A stretch of DNA of 64,000 nt from Candidatus Sumerlaeaceae bacterium (GTDB lineage Bacteria; Sumerlaeota; Sumerlaeia; Sumerlaeales; Sumerlaeaceae). Under the pieces are notes generated by a model. It was not told the origin of the DNA. It saw only the letters and a list, made by a program, of their open reading frames with translations, and did no database searches. Shown here piece after piece: positions 9,628-19,679 of this stretch; the stretch's first letter is position 1; every line of letters starts with the position of its first letter. A program made the translations under genes and the position numbers. The DNA lies in contig JBPCLP010000019.1 of NCBI GenBank assembly GCA_051003195.1, positions 1-64,000 on the forward strand, read 5' to 3'.

Positions 9628-12600
9628 CTCAAAGGGAATTAAACGTGCTTCTCCTGGTCGAGGATAACCCGGCAGATGCGCGCCTGATACACAAGATGTT
9701 CAAGGAGGGATCGTTCGATGTTAAGGTGATAAACTGTGAAACCCTTGGCGAAGCGGAGACACACCTTGCCGTTCACGCGGTAGACATGATCCTGCTGGAC
9801 CTGTGCCTGCCAGATGCCCAGGGGTTGGAGTCGGTGCGGCGGGTTAAAACAATGGCACCCTGTGTTCCCCTGGTTGTCTTAACCGCCCTTGACGATGAGT
9901 CGCTTGCGGCCCAGGCTTTGCACGCAGGTGCGCAGGACTACCTCATCAAAAGCGGACTTGAAGCACCAACCCTGTTCCGGGCCCTGCGGTATGCCGGCGA
10001 ACGTAAGATTTGTGAGCGCGAGTTACGTGAGTCGGAGTTAAGATTCAGGCAGATTGCAGAAAACATTGGCGATGTTTTCTATGTAACCAATCTAACGAAT
10101 ACGGCCATGTTCTATATCAGTCCGGCCTATAAGAACATTTGGGGTCGGAGCTGCGAAAGCCTTTACGCCAAGCCCGAGTCGTGGATGGAGGCTGTCCATC
10201 CTGAAGATCGTGAACATGTGCTGGCGCAGTCGGAACGGCAACTAACGGGGAATTTCGATTACGAGTTCCGTATTCTAAAACCCGATGGCGAGATGCGTTG
10301 GATTCGTACTCGCGGCTTTCCTGTTTTGGACGAAGAGGGAAAACCATACCGGACAGCCGGTGTAGCGTCCGATTTCACGGAACGCAGACATGCCGAGGAT
10401 GAATCCCGGGAAAAGGATCGTCGACTGAACGGTATGATGGACAATCTTGAGTTTGTGTCCGTGATGCTGGACCTTGAAGGCCGCATCACTTACTGTAATG
10501 ATTTTCTTCTTCAAACAACCGGATGGCAACGGGAGGAGGTTATCGGCAGTAACTGGTTTGAGCAGTTTATACCCTACGAGACGGATAGTTCCAGGGAGGT
10601 CTTTTCAGCCCTGTTGAACAATCACCCGAAATCCTGGCACCATGAGAATATTATTTATACGCGTGCAGGCCAGAAGCGACTTGTTCGATGGAACAACTCT
10701 GTCCTGCGTTCGAGCTCGGGAGACGTAATCGGCACGGCAGCCATCGGCGAAGACATCACTGAGAAAACCGAAGCCAGGGTCCGGCTCGCCCGTCTGAACC
10801 GTGTCTACGCCATGCTGAGCGGAATTAACAAGCTCATAGTCACGGTTCGCTCTGCCGAAGAGTTATTGCGGGAGGCCTGCCGTATCGCGTCTGAGACCGG
10901 CAATTTCTCAAAAGCATTCATCGAAGTCATCGACATGCAAACCGGGCTTTTTAAAATGGTTGCCGCTCATGGTATCGAATCGGAATATTATGAAGAACTC
11001 GCACGCGAACTGAAACAGCAGCTTCCTCTTGGCAACGGCATCGTCGCCGAAAGCTTCCGGGAACGGCGTCCGGTCATCGTTAATGACCTTAAGAACGACT
11101 CCCGCCCGCTGGGCAAGGTCCAGTCACTCGCCGGCGGATCACGGTCGATCGTAGCCCTGCCGCTCGTCACATCCGGGCAGGTAACCGCGGTGCTGGTTCT
11201 GCATGCCGAAAGCGTAGACTTTTTCGACGAGGAGGAAATGAAACTCCTGGTTGAACTGGCCGGCAATATTTCCGTCGGGTTGGAGCACATCCAGAATTCG
11301 GAAAAGCTGGACTACCTTGCGTACTATGATCCGCTTACCGGCCTTGCCAATCGCAGGCTGTTTCTGGAACGGGTCGGACAGAACCTGGAATCCGCCGGCG
11401 AGGCGAACAGGATGATCGCTGTGTTCGTTCTGGACGTTGAACGCTTCAAGACTATAAACGAAGCGCTTGGCCGCGAGGACGGTGATGCTCTTCTTATGCA
11501 GATCGCGGATCGTCTGCGGATACAGGGCCGCGACCATTCACGTTTCGCCGGTATCGAAGGTGATCGCTTTGCCCCGTTGCGCGATGGTACACGACTGTCG
11601 AGAATTGCAGGCGATCACTTTGCCGGCGTATCTACGGAAGCTCAAAATGAAGAGCAGTTGCTGCAGATGGTTGATGCCAAGCTCAAGCGATGCTTCGGCA
11701 CCCCTTTTCGCGTTGGAGAAAGTGAAATCCATATCTCGGCAAAGATCGGAATAGCGGTATACCCCAATGACGGTGTAAATGCCGAGACTCTGCTGAACAA
11801 CGCGACCGCAGCAGTGAAAACGGCCAAGGCCGGCAGCGAGCAACATGCGTTTTATACCGCCGAAATGACGGAAAGGACGACCGCCACTCTCAAATTTGAA
11901 AACAAACTGCGCCGGGCACTGGAGAATGACGAGTTCGTACTTCATTACCAGCCGAAGGTGGATGTTGCAACCCGCCGGATCGTCGGCGTGGAAGCGCTCA
12001 TCCGGTGGCAGAGTCCCGACTTGGGCCTGGTACCGCCGCTCAAGTTCATTCCCCTGATGGAAGAAACCGGGATGATCATGGATGTTGGAGCATGGGCTCT
12101 CTCAAAAGCAGTTTCCGATCACTTGCTCTGGTCCCGGATGCAGCTGAACGCTCCACGCGTGGCTGTGAATGTGTCTGCCGTCCAGCTGCGCAAAAAGGAT
12201 TTTCTCGCGACGATCTTAAAGGCTGCCATGGATGGAGTCAATCCTACGGCCCTCGACCTGGAGATTACCGAGAGTGTCATCATGGAGGATGTCGCAGACA
12301 GTATCCAGAAGCTGAAGGAGATCCGCGAATTTGGCATCAGCCTCGCCATCGACGATTTTGGTACCGGATACTCATCCCTGGCCTATCTTACCAAACTTCC
12401 CGTTCAGACGGTCAAGATCGATCGATCGTTTATCAACAGGATGCTCGAAGACCCGGATACCATGACCCTGGTCCAGTCCATTATATCACTGGCACACTCG
12501 CTTAGACTTAAAGTCGTTGCCGAGGGCGTCGAGCTGGAAGAGCAGGCAAAAATGCTGGGCCTGCTGCGATGCGATGAAATGCAGGGCTACCTGGTCAGCA

Positions 12601-12764
12601 AGCCGGTCCCCTTTGATAGACTCGCGAATATGCTCGATGGAGTGAACGACAGAACGCCCCCTCATGGATTAACATCCCAGCAGATGTGGAACAACCACGA
12701 AGGAAAATCGCTGCTGGTCGCATCTTCAAACGGCACAATGAAGGCGCGAAGGACAGACCAATGA
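9624..12764 (+). CDS. REC-PAS-PAS-GAF-GGDEF(degenerate)-EAL protein, probable c-di-GMP phosphodiesterase
   Basis: YDPLTGLANR, AGDHF in place of GGDEF, EALIRW, DDFGTGYSSL, VKIDRSF, VAEGVE. ATGA coupling at both ends. Confidence 0.92.
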   Translation: MTQRELNVLLLVEDNPADARLIHKMFKEGSFDVKVINCETLGEAETHLAVHAVDMILLDLCLPDAQGLESVRRVKTMAPCVPLVVLTALDDESLAAQALHAGAQDYLIKSGLEAPTLFRALRYAGERKICERELRESELRFRQIAENIGDVFYVTNLTNTAMFYISPAYKNIWGRSCESLYAKPESWMEAVHPEDREHVLAQSERQLTGNFDYEFRILKPDGEMRWIRTRGFPVLDEEGKPYRTAGVASDFTERRHAEDESREKDRRLNGMMDNLEFVSVMLDLEGRITYCNDFLLQTTGWQREEVIGSNWFEQFIPYETDSSREVFSALLNNHPKSWHHENIIYTRAGQKRLVRWNNSVLRSSSGDVIGTAAIGEDITEKTEARVRLARLNRVYAMLSGINKLIVTVRSAEELLREACRIASETGNFSKAFIEVIDMQTGLFKMVAAHGIESEYYEELARELKQQLPLGNGIVAESFRERRPVIVNDLKNDSRPLGKVQSLAGGSRSIVALPLVTSGQVTAVLVLHAESVDFFDEEEMKLLVELAGNISVGLEHIQNSEKLDYLAYYDPLTGLANRRLFLERVGQNLESAGEANRMIAVFVLDVERFKTINEALGREDGDALLMQIADRLRIQGRDHSRFAGIEGDRFAPLRDGTRLSRIAGDHFAGVSTEAQNEEQLLQMVDAKLKRCFGTPFRVGESEIHISAKIGIAVYPNDGVNAETLLNNATAAVKTAKAGSEQHAFYTAEMTERTTATLKFENKLRRALENDEFVLHYQPKVDVATRRIVGVEALIRWQSPDLGLVPPLKFIPLMEETGMIMDVGAWALSKAVSDHLLWSRMQLNAPRVAVNVSAVQLRKKDFLATILKAAMDGVNPTALDLEITESVIMEDVADSIQKLKEIREFGISLAIDDFGTGYSSLAYLTKLPVQTVKIDRSFINRMLEDPDTMTLVQSIISLAHSLRLKVVAEGVELEEQAKMLGLLRCDEMQGYLVSKPVPFDRLANMLDGVNDRTPPHGLTSQQMWNNHEGKSLLVASSNGTMKARRTDQ

Positions 12765-15361
12765 CTACCGAGATGATCCGTACGCTCCTCCTCGTTGAAG
12801 ACAATCCGGGCGACGCCCGTTTGCTTCGCGAAATCCTGAACGAGCAGGACTCCCACGGCATCAGGATCATGCACGTGGAGAGTATGGGGGAAGCCGAATC
12901 GTCCATTACTGTTCAGGCCCCGGATATTATCCTCCTGGACCTTGGATTACCCGATGCCCAGGGACTGGACGCGGTTCGGCGGACACGCCAGGTCGCACCT
13001 GGTGTACCCATGGTGGTGCTTACAGGGAATGATGACGAGGAGCTGGCTGCACAGGCTCTTGAAGCAGGGGCGCAGGACTACCTGATTAAAGGCGAGATTG
13101 AACATCGTGGGCTTGTGCGCTCGTTGCGCTATGCGGTAAAACGCAATTTTGCCGAGGAAGCCTTACGCAGCAGCGAACAGCGGTATCGGCAGCTTGTTCA
13201 AAGTTTAGACGTCGCCATTTATACCACCGATGCCGAAGGGCGGATTACCCTGTTCAACGAGGCTGCTGCCGACCTGTGGGGACGCAAACCTGTTCTCGGC
13301 CAGGACTTATGGTGCGGATCAACGCAGATTTACGGCCCGGACGGCCATGTCATACCGCTCGAACAATGTCCCATGGCGGTATCAATTCGTGACGGTAAAG
13401 CAGTGGTCGGCCAGGAGATCATTGTGGGTCGTAATGACGGCAGCCGGCGTGACGTGCTTCCGCATCCAACCCTTATCTACGACAATGCAGGCAATGTAAC
13501 CGGCGCGATTAACATGCTCCTGGATATTACCGAACGTAAAAGCATAGAGGATGCGCTTTTCATAGAAAAGGAACGTGCTGAAGTGACGCTCCAGTGCATA
13601 GGAGACGCCGTTGCCTGCACTGACTGTAATGGTAATATAACCTTTATTAATCTCGTTGCGGAGACGATGACCGGCTGGCCGCTCACTCGTGCCATGGGGC
13701 GGCCCATGTCTGACGTCTTCAGGATTTTCGATTCATCCACTCCCGACACATTGGCCGACTTGATGCAACCGCATGACAGTAACTGCGAACCTGTAAGACT
13801 ATCCGCTAACTGCCTCCTGCTCCGACCTGACGGATCTCATATTCCAATCGAAGACTCCATAGCCCCGATCCATGACCGGCAAGGAAAACGAACCGGCACC
13901 GTTGTTGTATTGCGTGATGTCACTGCGGTCCGGGCCATGTCCGTCGAGATGGCTCATTCCGCCGAGCATGATTTCCTGACGGGCTTGCCGAACCGCATGT
14001 TGCTGAATGACCGTATCGGGCAGGCTATTGCCCTCTCACCGCGGCACGGGAAACAGGTCGCTGTACTTTTCCTGGATCTGGATGGCTTCAAGCACATCAA
14101 TGATTCACTGGGGCATCCTGTCGGTGACAAGTTGCTCCAGTCCGTTGCTGCCCGGCTTATGGACTGTGTGCGCGGATCGGACACGGTAAGCAGGCAGGGA
14201 GGGGATGAGTTTGTCGTGCTTCTTTCCGAAGCAGAGCAATGGAATGACGCTGCCATTGTTGCAAAGCGAATGCTCAAGGCGGTGATGGAACCACATTCGA
14301 TCGACAACCGGGAACTTCATGTAACCGCCAGCATCGGCGTGAGTGTCTTCCCCGATGACGGAGCGGACGCCGAGACTCTGATCAAGAACGCAGATACCGC
14401 TATGTACCAGGCCAAGGAAAACGGACGTCATGCATACCGGTTCTTTAAACCTGAAATGAATGTCAGGGCGGTCGAGCGCCAGTCTATCGAGGAGGACCTG
14501 CGGCGCGCCATCGAGTTGCAGGAACTTGCCCTGCATTATCAGCCCATCGTTGATATGAAAACCGGCATGATCACAGGCGTCGAAGCATTGATGCGGTGGT
14601 CACATCCTGTTCGAGGTTTTGTTTCGCCGGCCCAGTTCATCCCCGTTGCAGAAGATTGCGGACTCATACTGCCGATCGGAAAATGGGTTCTACGCGAGGC
14701 ATGCCGACAGGTAAAGGCCTGGGTAAGCATGGGGCTTCCCGAGATCACGTTGGCTGTGAACGTGTCCGCCGTCGAATTTGGAGCCGAGAACTTCCTGGAT
14801 GGAATTTTTGAAATCCTGGCCGAGACGTGCATGGATCCCCGTCGGCTGGAACTGGAACTTACTGAAAGCGTCCTGATGAAACGCGTCGAATCAACGGCAA
14901 CCATTCTTCAGCAGTTGAGAGAACGAGGAGTGAAAGTCTCAATCGACGACTTCGGCACCGGCTACTCCAGCCTTAGTTACCTCGGAAAGTTTCCCGTCGA
15001 TGTTCTTAAGATCGACCAGTCATTTGTGCGTCAGATCAGCTCCGACAGCGAGAACTCCACAATCGTAACAGCGATCATCAACATGGCGAGAAGTCTAAAG
15101 CTGCGGGTGATAGCCGAAGGCGTCGAAACAGCCGAGGAATTGAATTTTCTCCGACAGCATAAGTGTGAGGAGGCACAGGGATACTTTTTCAGCCGCCCGG
15201 TGCCGGCGGAACAGGTCGCGACTCTGCTGAAAGAAGGGTTGCTGATCTCTGACTCTTTTCAGTTTGCATCGTCAGTCTCCAGGCCCATGAGGCAGAATAA
15301 ACCGGCAGTGCCTTCAGTCCCTTGTCGCCCCGGGGCCCTGATCAAGGAAGGCAGCCGATGA
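12761..15361 (+). CDS. REC-PAS-PAS-GGDEF-EAL diguanylate cyclase/phosphodiesterase
   Basis: Intact GGDEF with RxxD I-site (RGSD), EALMRW, DDFGTGYSSL. Start ATG 12761 overlaps the upstream TGA. Confidence 0.93.
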   Translation: MTTEMIRTLLLVEDNPGDARLLREILNEQDSHGIRIMHVESMGEAESSITVQAPDIILLDLGLPDAQGLDAVRRTRQVAPGVPMVVLTGNDDEELAAQALEAGAQDYLIKGEIEHRGLVRSLRYAVKRNFAEEALRSSEQRYRQLVQSLDVAIYTTDAEGRITLFNEAAADLWGRKPVLGQDLWCGSTQIYGPDGHVIPLEQCPMAVSIRDGKAVVGQEIIVGRNDGSRRDVLPHPTLIYDNAGNVTGAINMLLDITERKSIEDALFIEKERAEVTLQCIGDAVACTDCNGNITFINLVAETMTGWPLTRAMGRPMSDVFRIFDSSTPDTLADLMQPHDSNCEPVRLSANCLLLRPDGSHIPIEDSIAPIHDRQGKRTGTVVVLRDVTAVRAMSVEMAHSAEHDFLTGLPNRMLLNDRIGQAIALSPRHGKQVAVLFLDLDGFKHINDSLGHPVGDKLLQSVAARLMDCVRGSDTVSRQGGDEFVVLLSEAEQWNDAAIVAKRMLKAVMEPHSIDNRELHVTASIGVSVFPDDGADAETLIKNADTAMYQAKENGRHAYRFFKPEMNVRAVERQSIEEDLRRAIELQELALHYQPIVDMKTGMITGVEALMRWSHPVRGFVSPAQFIPVAEDCGLILPIGKWVLREACRQVKAWVSMGLPEITLAVNVSAVEFGAENFLDGIFEILAETCMDPRRLELELTESVLMKRVESTATILQQLRERGVKVSIDDFGTGYSSLSYLGKFPVDVLKIDQSFVRQISSDSENSTIVTAIINMARSLKLRVIAEGVETAEELNFLRQHKCEEAQGYFFSRPVPAEQVATLLKEGLLISDSFQFASSVSRPMRQNKPAVPSVPCRPGALIKEGSR

Positions 15362-15695
15362 AACTTGCCGATTCTTTTTCAGCTTTAATAGCTGAACAGA
15401 GATTCTTTTTCGCCTCCGTATAACAGTGGTCTCCCGTTTCATTTGGCTCTTTTTTGTATGAAGACCATAGGCGGCCGGCTTCGGTTGATGGGTTGACCTC
15501 GCAAGTAATTTGCAGGTTAGTTGCTGGATGGCCGCTGGCCGAGTTCTTCACAGCTTGCAAGAGAATTGCCGCATTTTGTTCACGTTTGCCACAATTGCGC
15601 AATGTGGATTCAGTCCGACGCAGCCGCAGTTTTCACGAATTTATAACCTTAGATGGTGTTTTTCGCAAAAATCCCATACTTTTCGCGGAAATGTA

Positions 15696-17231
15696 ATGAA
15701 CGTGGATGACCAGAATCTTGGCAAATCACTTCCAGAACAGGGTGTTCTGGCTGGCTACGCACGTCTTATTACCGATTACGAGTTACGGGTCCCGATTCCC
15801 TTAATCAATACTGCCATCGCATCTCGTCACCATCCCCGTTCAACCGAAGAGTGGCGTATGCTCACTCCGAAACACGCGCCAGGTGAAGGCATCGGCGATC
15901 AGCTCGAATTCGCGTTAAAATGGGAAGGCGTAAATCTTTCCGTGATGGCCGCTTTGTTCAGGAAAGTAGAACCCGAGCTCATAGCGGATTACGTACGAAC
16001 GAAACCAAGAGGCTCTTACGCCCGGCGCATCTGGTTCCTCTACGAATTACTGACTGCAACATCGCTGGATCTTCCAAAATCAGAAAAAGACAGACCAGTT
16101 CCTGCCATAGATTCAAAACAACAGTTTGCCTTGATCACGGGAACCGTTTCTCCTCAGCACAAAGTCATTAATAACCTGCCAGGAACCCGGGCATTTTGTC
16201 CACTCATACGTCGAACGCCTATGCTTGAGAAATTCGTCTCGGAGCACTTTGACGAGCGAGCCCGGGAACTCATCGGTCGAACTCATGGTGATGTCATTGC
16301 GCGGGCAGCCGCATTTCTGCTGTTAAGCGATAGTAAGGCATCCTTTACGATCGAAGGTGAAAGACTATCGCCGCAGCGGGCAATGAGATGGGCTAAAGCC
16401 ATCGGTGAGGCCGGACATTCGCCTATAAGCGTGGCAGAACTGGAGCGACTGCAACGGACGGTCCTGGGTGATTCGCGGTTTGTTCACCTCGGACTGCGTC
16501 AGGAAGGAGGATTTATTGGGGATCATGATCGGCAAACAGGAGAACCCTTTCCAGAGCATATCAGCGCCCGAGACAAAGATTTGCGAGATCTTGTCGGCGG
16601 TCTCATCGCGTACGCGGAACGAACGGCCTCACGAGGATTTGATCCCGTTGCGGCTGCCGCCGCGATTGCATTCGGGTTTGTTTATGTTCATCCCTTTGAA
16701 GACGGAAATGGCCGAATTCATCGCTGGCTGATTCATCATGTCCTTGCTCGGGCCGGGTATAATCCACCAGGGGTCGTCTTCCCGATTAGCGCGGCAATCT
16801 TGCGCGACATCCAGAGGTATCGAAGAGTGCTGGCATCCTATTCAGCGCAAGTTCTGCCTCTGATTGATTGGGTGGCCACTGAAAAAGGGAATGTCGACGT
16901 TCTAAACGAAACCGCAGATTTTTATCGTTACTTCGATGCAACTGCCCACGCAGAATTCCTTTACGAATGCGTTGCGCAAACTGTGGAGCATGAGCTACCG
17001 GATGAGGTGGCTTATCTCCAGGCCTATGACACATTCGCGGCGCGTGTGCAGGAGATCGTGGACATGCCTGCCAGGACAATTGCGCTGCTGCATCGACTTC
17101 TTCAATCCAACGGCGGGCGATTTTCAGAACGAGCGAAGACAAAGGAATTCGGGGAGCTTACCATGACTGAGATTGCCCATGTCGAAGAAGCATACCAAAA
17201 GTGCTTCAGACCTGCCGTTTCTGTCAATTGA
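15696..17231 (+). CDS. Fic-domain protein
   Basis: Canonical HPFEDGNGRIHR motif and an upstream SFTIEG inhibitory-type motif. Confidence 0.9.
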   Translation: MNVDDQNLGKSLPEQGVLAGYARLITDYELRVPIPLINTAIASRHHPRSTEEWRMLTPKHAPGEGIGDQLEFALKWEGVNLSVMAALFRKVEPELIADYVRTKPRGSYARRIWFLYELLTATSLDLPKSEKDRPVPAIDSKQQFALITGTVSPQHKVINNLPGTRAFCPLIRRTPMLEKFVSEHFDERARELIGRTHGDVIARAAAFLLLSDSKASFTIEGERLSPQRAMRWAKAIGEAGHSPISVAELERLQRTVLGDSRFVHLGLRQEGGFIGDHDRQTGEPFPEHISARDKDLRDLVGGLIAYAERTASRGFDPVAAAAAIAFGFVYVHPFEDGNGRIHRWLIHHVLARAGYNPPGVVFPISAAILRDIQRYRRVLASYSAQVLPLIDWVATEKGNVDVLNETADFYRYFDATAHAEFLYECVAQTVEHELPDEVAYLQAYDTFAARVQEIVDMPARTIALLHRLLQSNGGRFSERAKTKEFGELTMTEIAHVEEAYQKCFRPAVSVN

Positions 17232-17402
17232 TTACCCTCCTCAGCCTGGCCATCTGAACTTGTAGAAAATGCCGACGGCGCGATCAACTGGTCGCAGCTG
17301 ATTGTTATACTTTTCGGTTAGATTGGGAATGTACCGGCTAAACCTCTGGCACCCCATTTGCAATGGCATGTAATCTATCAAATCCACGAATAGAGGGAAA
17401 TC

Positions 17403-17891
17403 ATGGAACTGGAAAGCCTGCAGGACCTGTTTGTATCAGAACTGAAAGACGTTTATCACGCCGAGAAACAACTGCTGAAAGCGCTGCCTAAAATGGCAAA
17501 AAAGGCGACGTCAGAAGATCTGGCCGATGCATTTTCTGCGCACCTTGCGGAGACTGAAGAGCAGGTCGCCCGCATCGAGCAGATCTTTAGTTTGATGGGA
17601 AAGAAGCCCGCAACCAAGGTATGTAAAGGCATGAAGGGACTGGTTGAAGAAGGCTCGGAGATGATGTCCGAAGATGCCGAAGACGAGGTCATGGACGCCG
17701 GGCTGATTTCTGCTGCTCAACGCATTGAACATTACGAGATTGCCGCCTATGGCTGCTTACGAACGTATGCTCGCGTTCTCGGGGATAAAAAGATTGAAAA
17801 ACTTCTTCAGCAGACTCTGGATGAAGAAGCCGCGGCGGATGAAAAACTGACTGAGCTCGCCGATGCTGGAATTAATCTGGCTGCCGCTTAA
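17403..17891 (+). CDS. yciF: Ferritin-like DUF892 / YciF-like stress protein
   Basis: ELKDVYHAEKQLLKALPKM, CKGMKGLVEEG, AQRIEHYEIAAYG, TLDEEAAAD. GAGGG RBS. Confidence 0.88.
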   Translation: MELESLQDLFVSELKDVYHAEKQLLKALPKMAKKATSEDLADAFSAHLAETEEQVARIEQIFSLMGKKPATKVCKGMKGLVEEGSEMMSEDAEDEVMDAGLISAAQRIEHYEIAAYGCLRTYARVLGDKKIEKLLQQTLDEEAAADEKLTELADAGINLAAA

Positions 17892-17901
17892 TCCGTAAAT
17901 C

Positions 17902-17935
17902 AGGAGGCTCGACTGCTGTCGGCCTCCTTTTTTAT
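17902..17935 (+). terminator. Rho-independent terminator
   Basis: aggaggc(t)cgac-tgct-gtcggcctcct hairpin followed by a T-run, just after the yciF-like stop. Confidence 0.85.
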
Positions 17936-18281
17936 TATTACAATAACCAGTGAGAAGAGCATTTTGCACATTAATCCGGCGCGAATTCTCGCTGCGGCAC
18001 ACCGCGCTTATGAGGCCACATCAATAAACGTAAAACGTTCGGGATCTGCCGGAATCTGAATGCGAAAGATTTGGCGAACTATCCCACCTTATTGAACAAT
18101 AGTATCAACGCTCAGCCCAAACTCACGGGGATCCGTAGTGAAATCTTAACAGGCTGGTTCGACGTACCTTACGAGCGCTAAAGTAAGTCTGAATATCGGT
18201 CCCGAATATGTTGACCGCGTGGTCCGCTGCTCTACGGCTTACCCAGCTGTTTCCAAATCCAGAAATTTCAGGAGACTTGCC

Positions 18282-19622
18282 ATGACGACGGGCAAGGTAT
18301 CGCGCCGCAAGTTTTTGCAATCCACCGCGGCACTCGCCGCTGCACCTTACTTCGTGCCGTCCACGGTGCTGGGTAAGGATGGCGGAGTGGCTCCGTCCAA
18401 TCGGATCGCGATGGTGCATATTGGCGTGGGAGGCCAGGGCGGTTACCACCTGGACATCCAGAGCAAGCGCAGCGACGTGCAGATTGTTGCCGTCTGCGAT
18501 GTGGACACGCGCAGGTTGGACATCGCACGCGAAATGCTGAAGCAGGCATACGGTTCCATAGACAGAATCGGTTTCATGCAGGACTTTCGCCAATTGCTGG
18601 AGCGAAGGGATGAGTTCGATGCGGCTTTAATTGCCACGCCCGATCACTGGCATGCACTGACGACGATTACCATGCTGCGGAATGGTAAGGATTGCTACAC
18701 GGAGAAGCCGCTGACGCTCACGATCACGGAAGGACGCGCGCTGGCCGACACGGCAAAGCAATTTGGACGCGTCGTCCAGACGGGCAGTAATGAACGCTCG
18801 AACTGGAAGCCGCGTTACGTCGCCGATCTCGTCCGCAACGGTTACCTGGGAAAAATCGAGCGGGTCGAAGTGAGCATGCCGGTCACGAACCACCGGCCGA
18901 TTCCGCACCATGTGCCTTCGGATCCTCCCGCTGAGCTGGATTACGATTTGTGGCTTGGTCCCGCGCCATATAAACCTTATTTCGCATCGGACACCAGGGA
19001 CCCGATCTACAGTAAGAACTACGAGCGCGCCCACTTCTGGTTTCGTTATCAGCTCGATTACGCGACGGGCGAAATGTCGGACCGCGGCGCGCACATCCTG
19101 GATCTCGTTCAGCTCATTCTGGACAAGGATGGCACGGGTCCAATCGAAGTGTACGGCGATGGCGAGCGAGAGATCGGCGGCGAGTTCGACTCGTTCATGA
19201 AATATGATTTCACGATCAAGTACGCCGACGGCGTGACCGTGCACGGGACAAGTGAAGGCGACGATGACACGCGCGGGCTAAAGATCATCGGCGAGAATGG
19301 CTGGATCAATATCCACGTTCATGGAGGTGAGTTGACGGCGTCGGATCCAAAGCTGCTGGAAATCAAACTCAAGCCATCGGACACGACCGTCGGTCGCAGC
19401 CCGGGGCATCATCAGAATTTCTACGACGCCATCCGTACCCGCAGCGACACCGTGGCGAATGCCGAAATCGGCCACCGGACGGTGTCTGTTTGCCACATCA
19501 CGACCATCGCGATGCTTGTCGGTCGTTCTCTCAAATGGGACCCGCAAGCCGAACGTTTCATCGGCGACGACGACGCAAACCGCCACCTGAGTTATACCTA
19601 CCGCGCGCCCTGGAGCCTATGA
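18282..19622 (+). CDS. Tat-exported Gfo/Idh/MocA oxidoreductase
   Basis: SRRKFL twin-arginine motif, IGVGGQG Rossmann motif, ATPDHWH, YTEKP. AGGAG RBS. Confidence 0.92.
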   Translation: MTTGKVSRRKFLQSTAALAAAPYFVPSTVLGKDGGVAPSNRIAMVHIGVGGQGGYHLDIQSKRSDVQIVAVCDVDTRRLDIAREMLKQAYGSIDRIGFMQDFRQLLERRDEFDAALIATPDHWHALTTITMLRNGKDCYTEKPLTLTITEGRALADTAKQFGRVVQTGSNERSNWKPRYVADLVRNGYLGKIERVEVSMPVTNHRPIPHHVPSDPPAELDYDLWLGPAPYKPYFASDTRDPIYSKNYERAHFWFRYQLDYATGEMSDRGAHILDLVQLILDKDGTGPIEVYGDGEREIGGEFDSFMKYDFTIKYADGVTVHGTSEGDDDTRGLKIIGENGWINIHVHGGELTASDPKLLEIKLKPSDTTVGRSPGHHQNFYDAIRTRSDTVANAEIGHRTVSVCHITTIAMLVGRSLKWDPQAERFIGDDDANRHLSYTYRAPWSL

Positions 19623-19679
19623 GTTCGTGTTTTAGCAGTTTGTCGAGGGCTTGCGCGGCGCGGACGGAACAGGACGCTC

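Noticed and set aside
15358..15423. 21-aa ORF coupled by ATGA to the last EAL gene
   Set aside because: Too short, with no supporting features.
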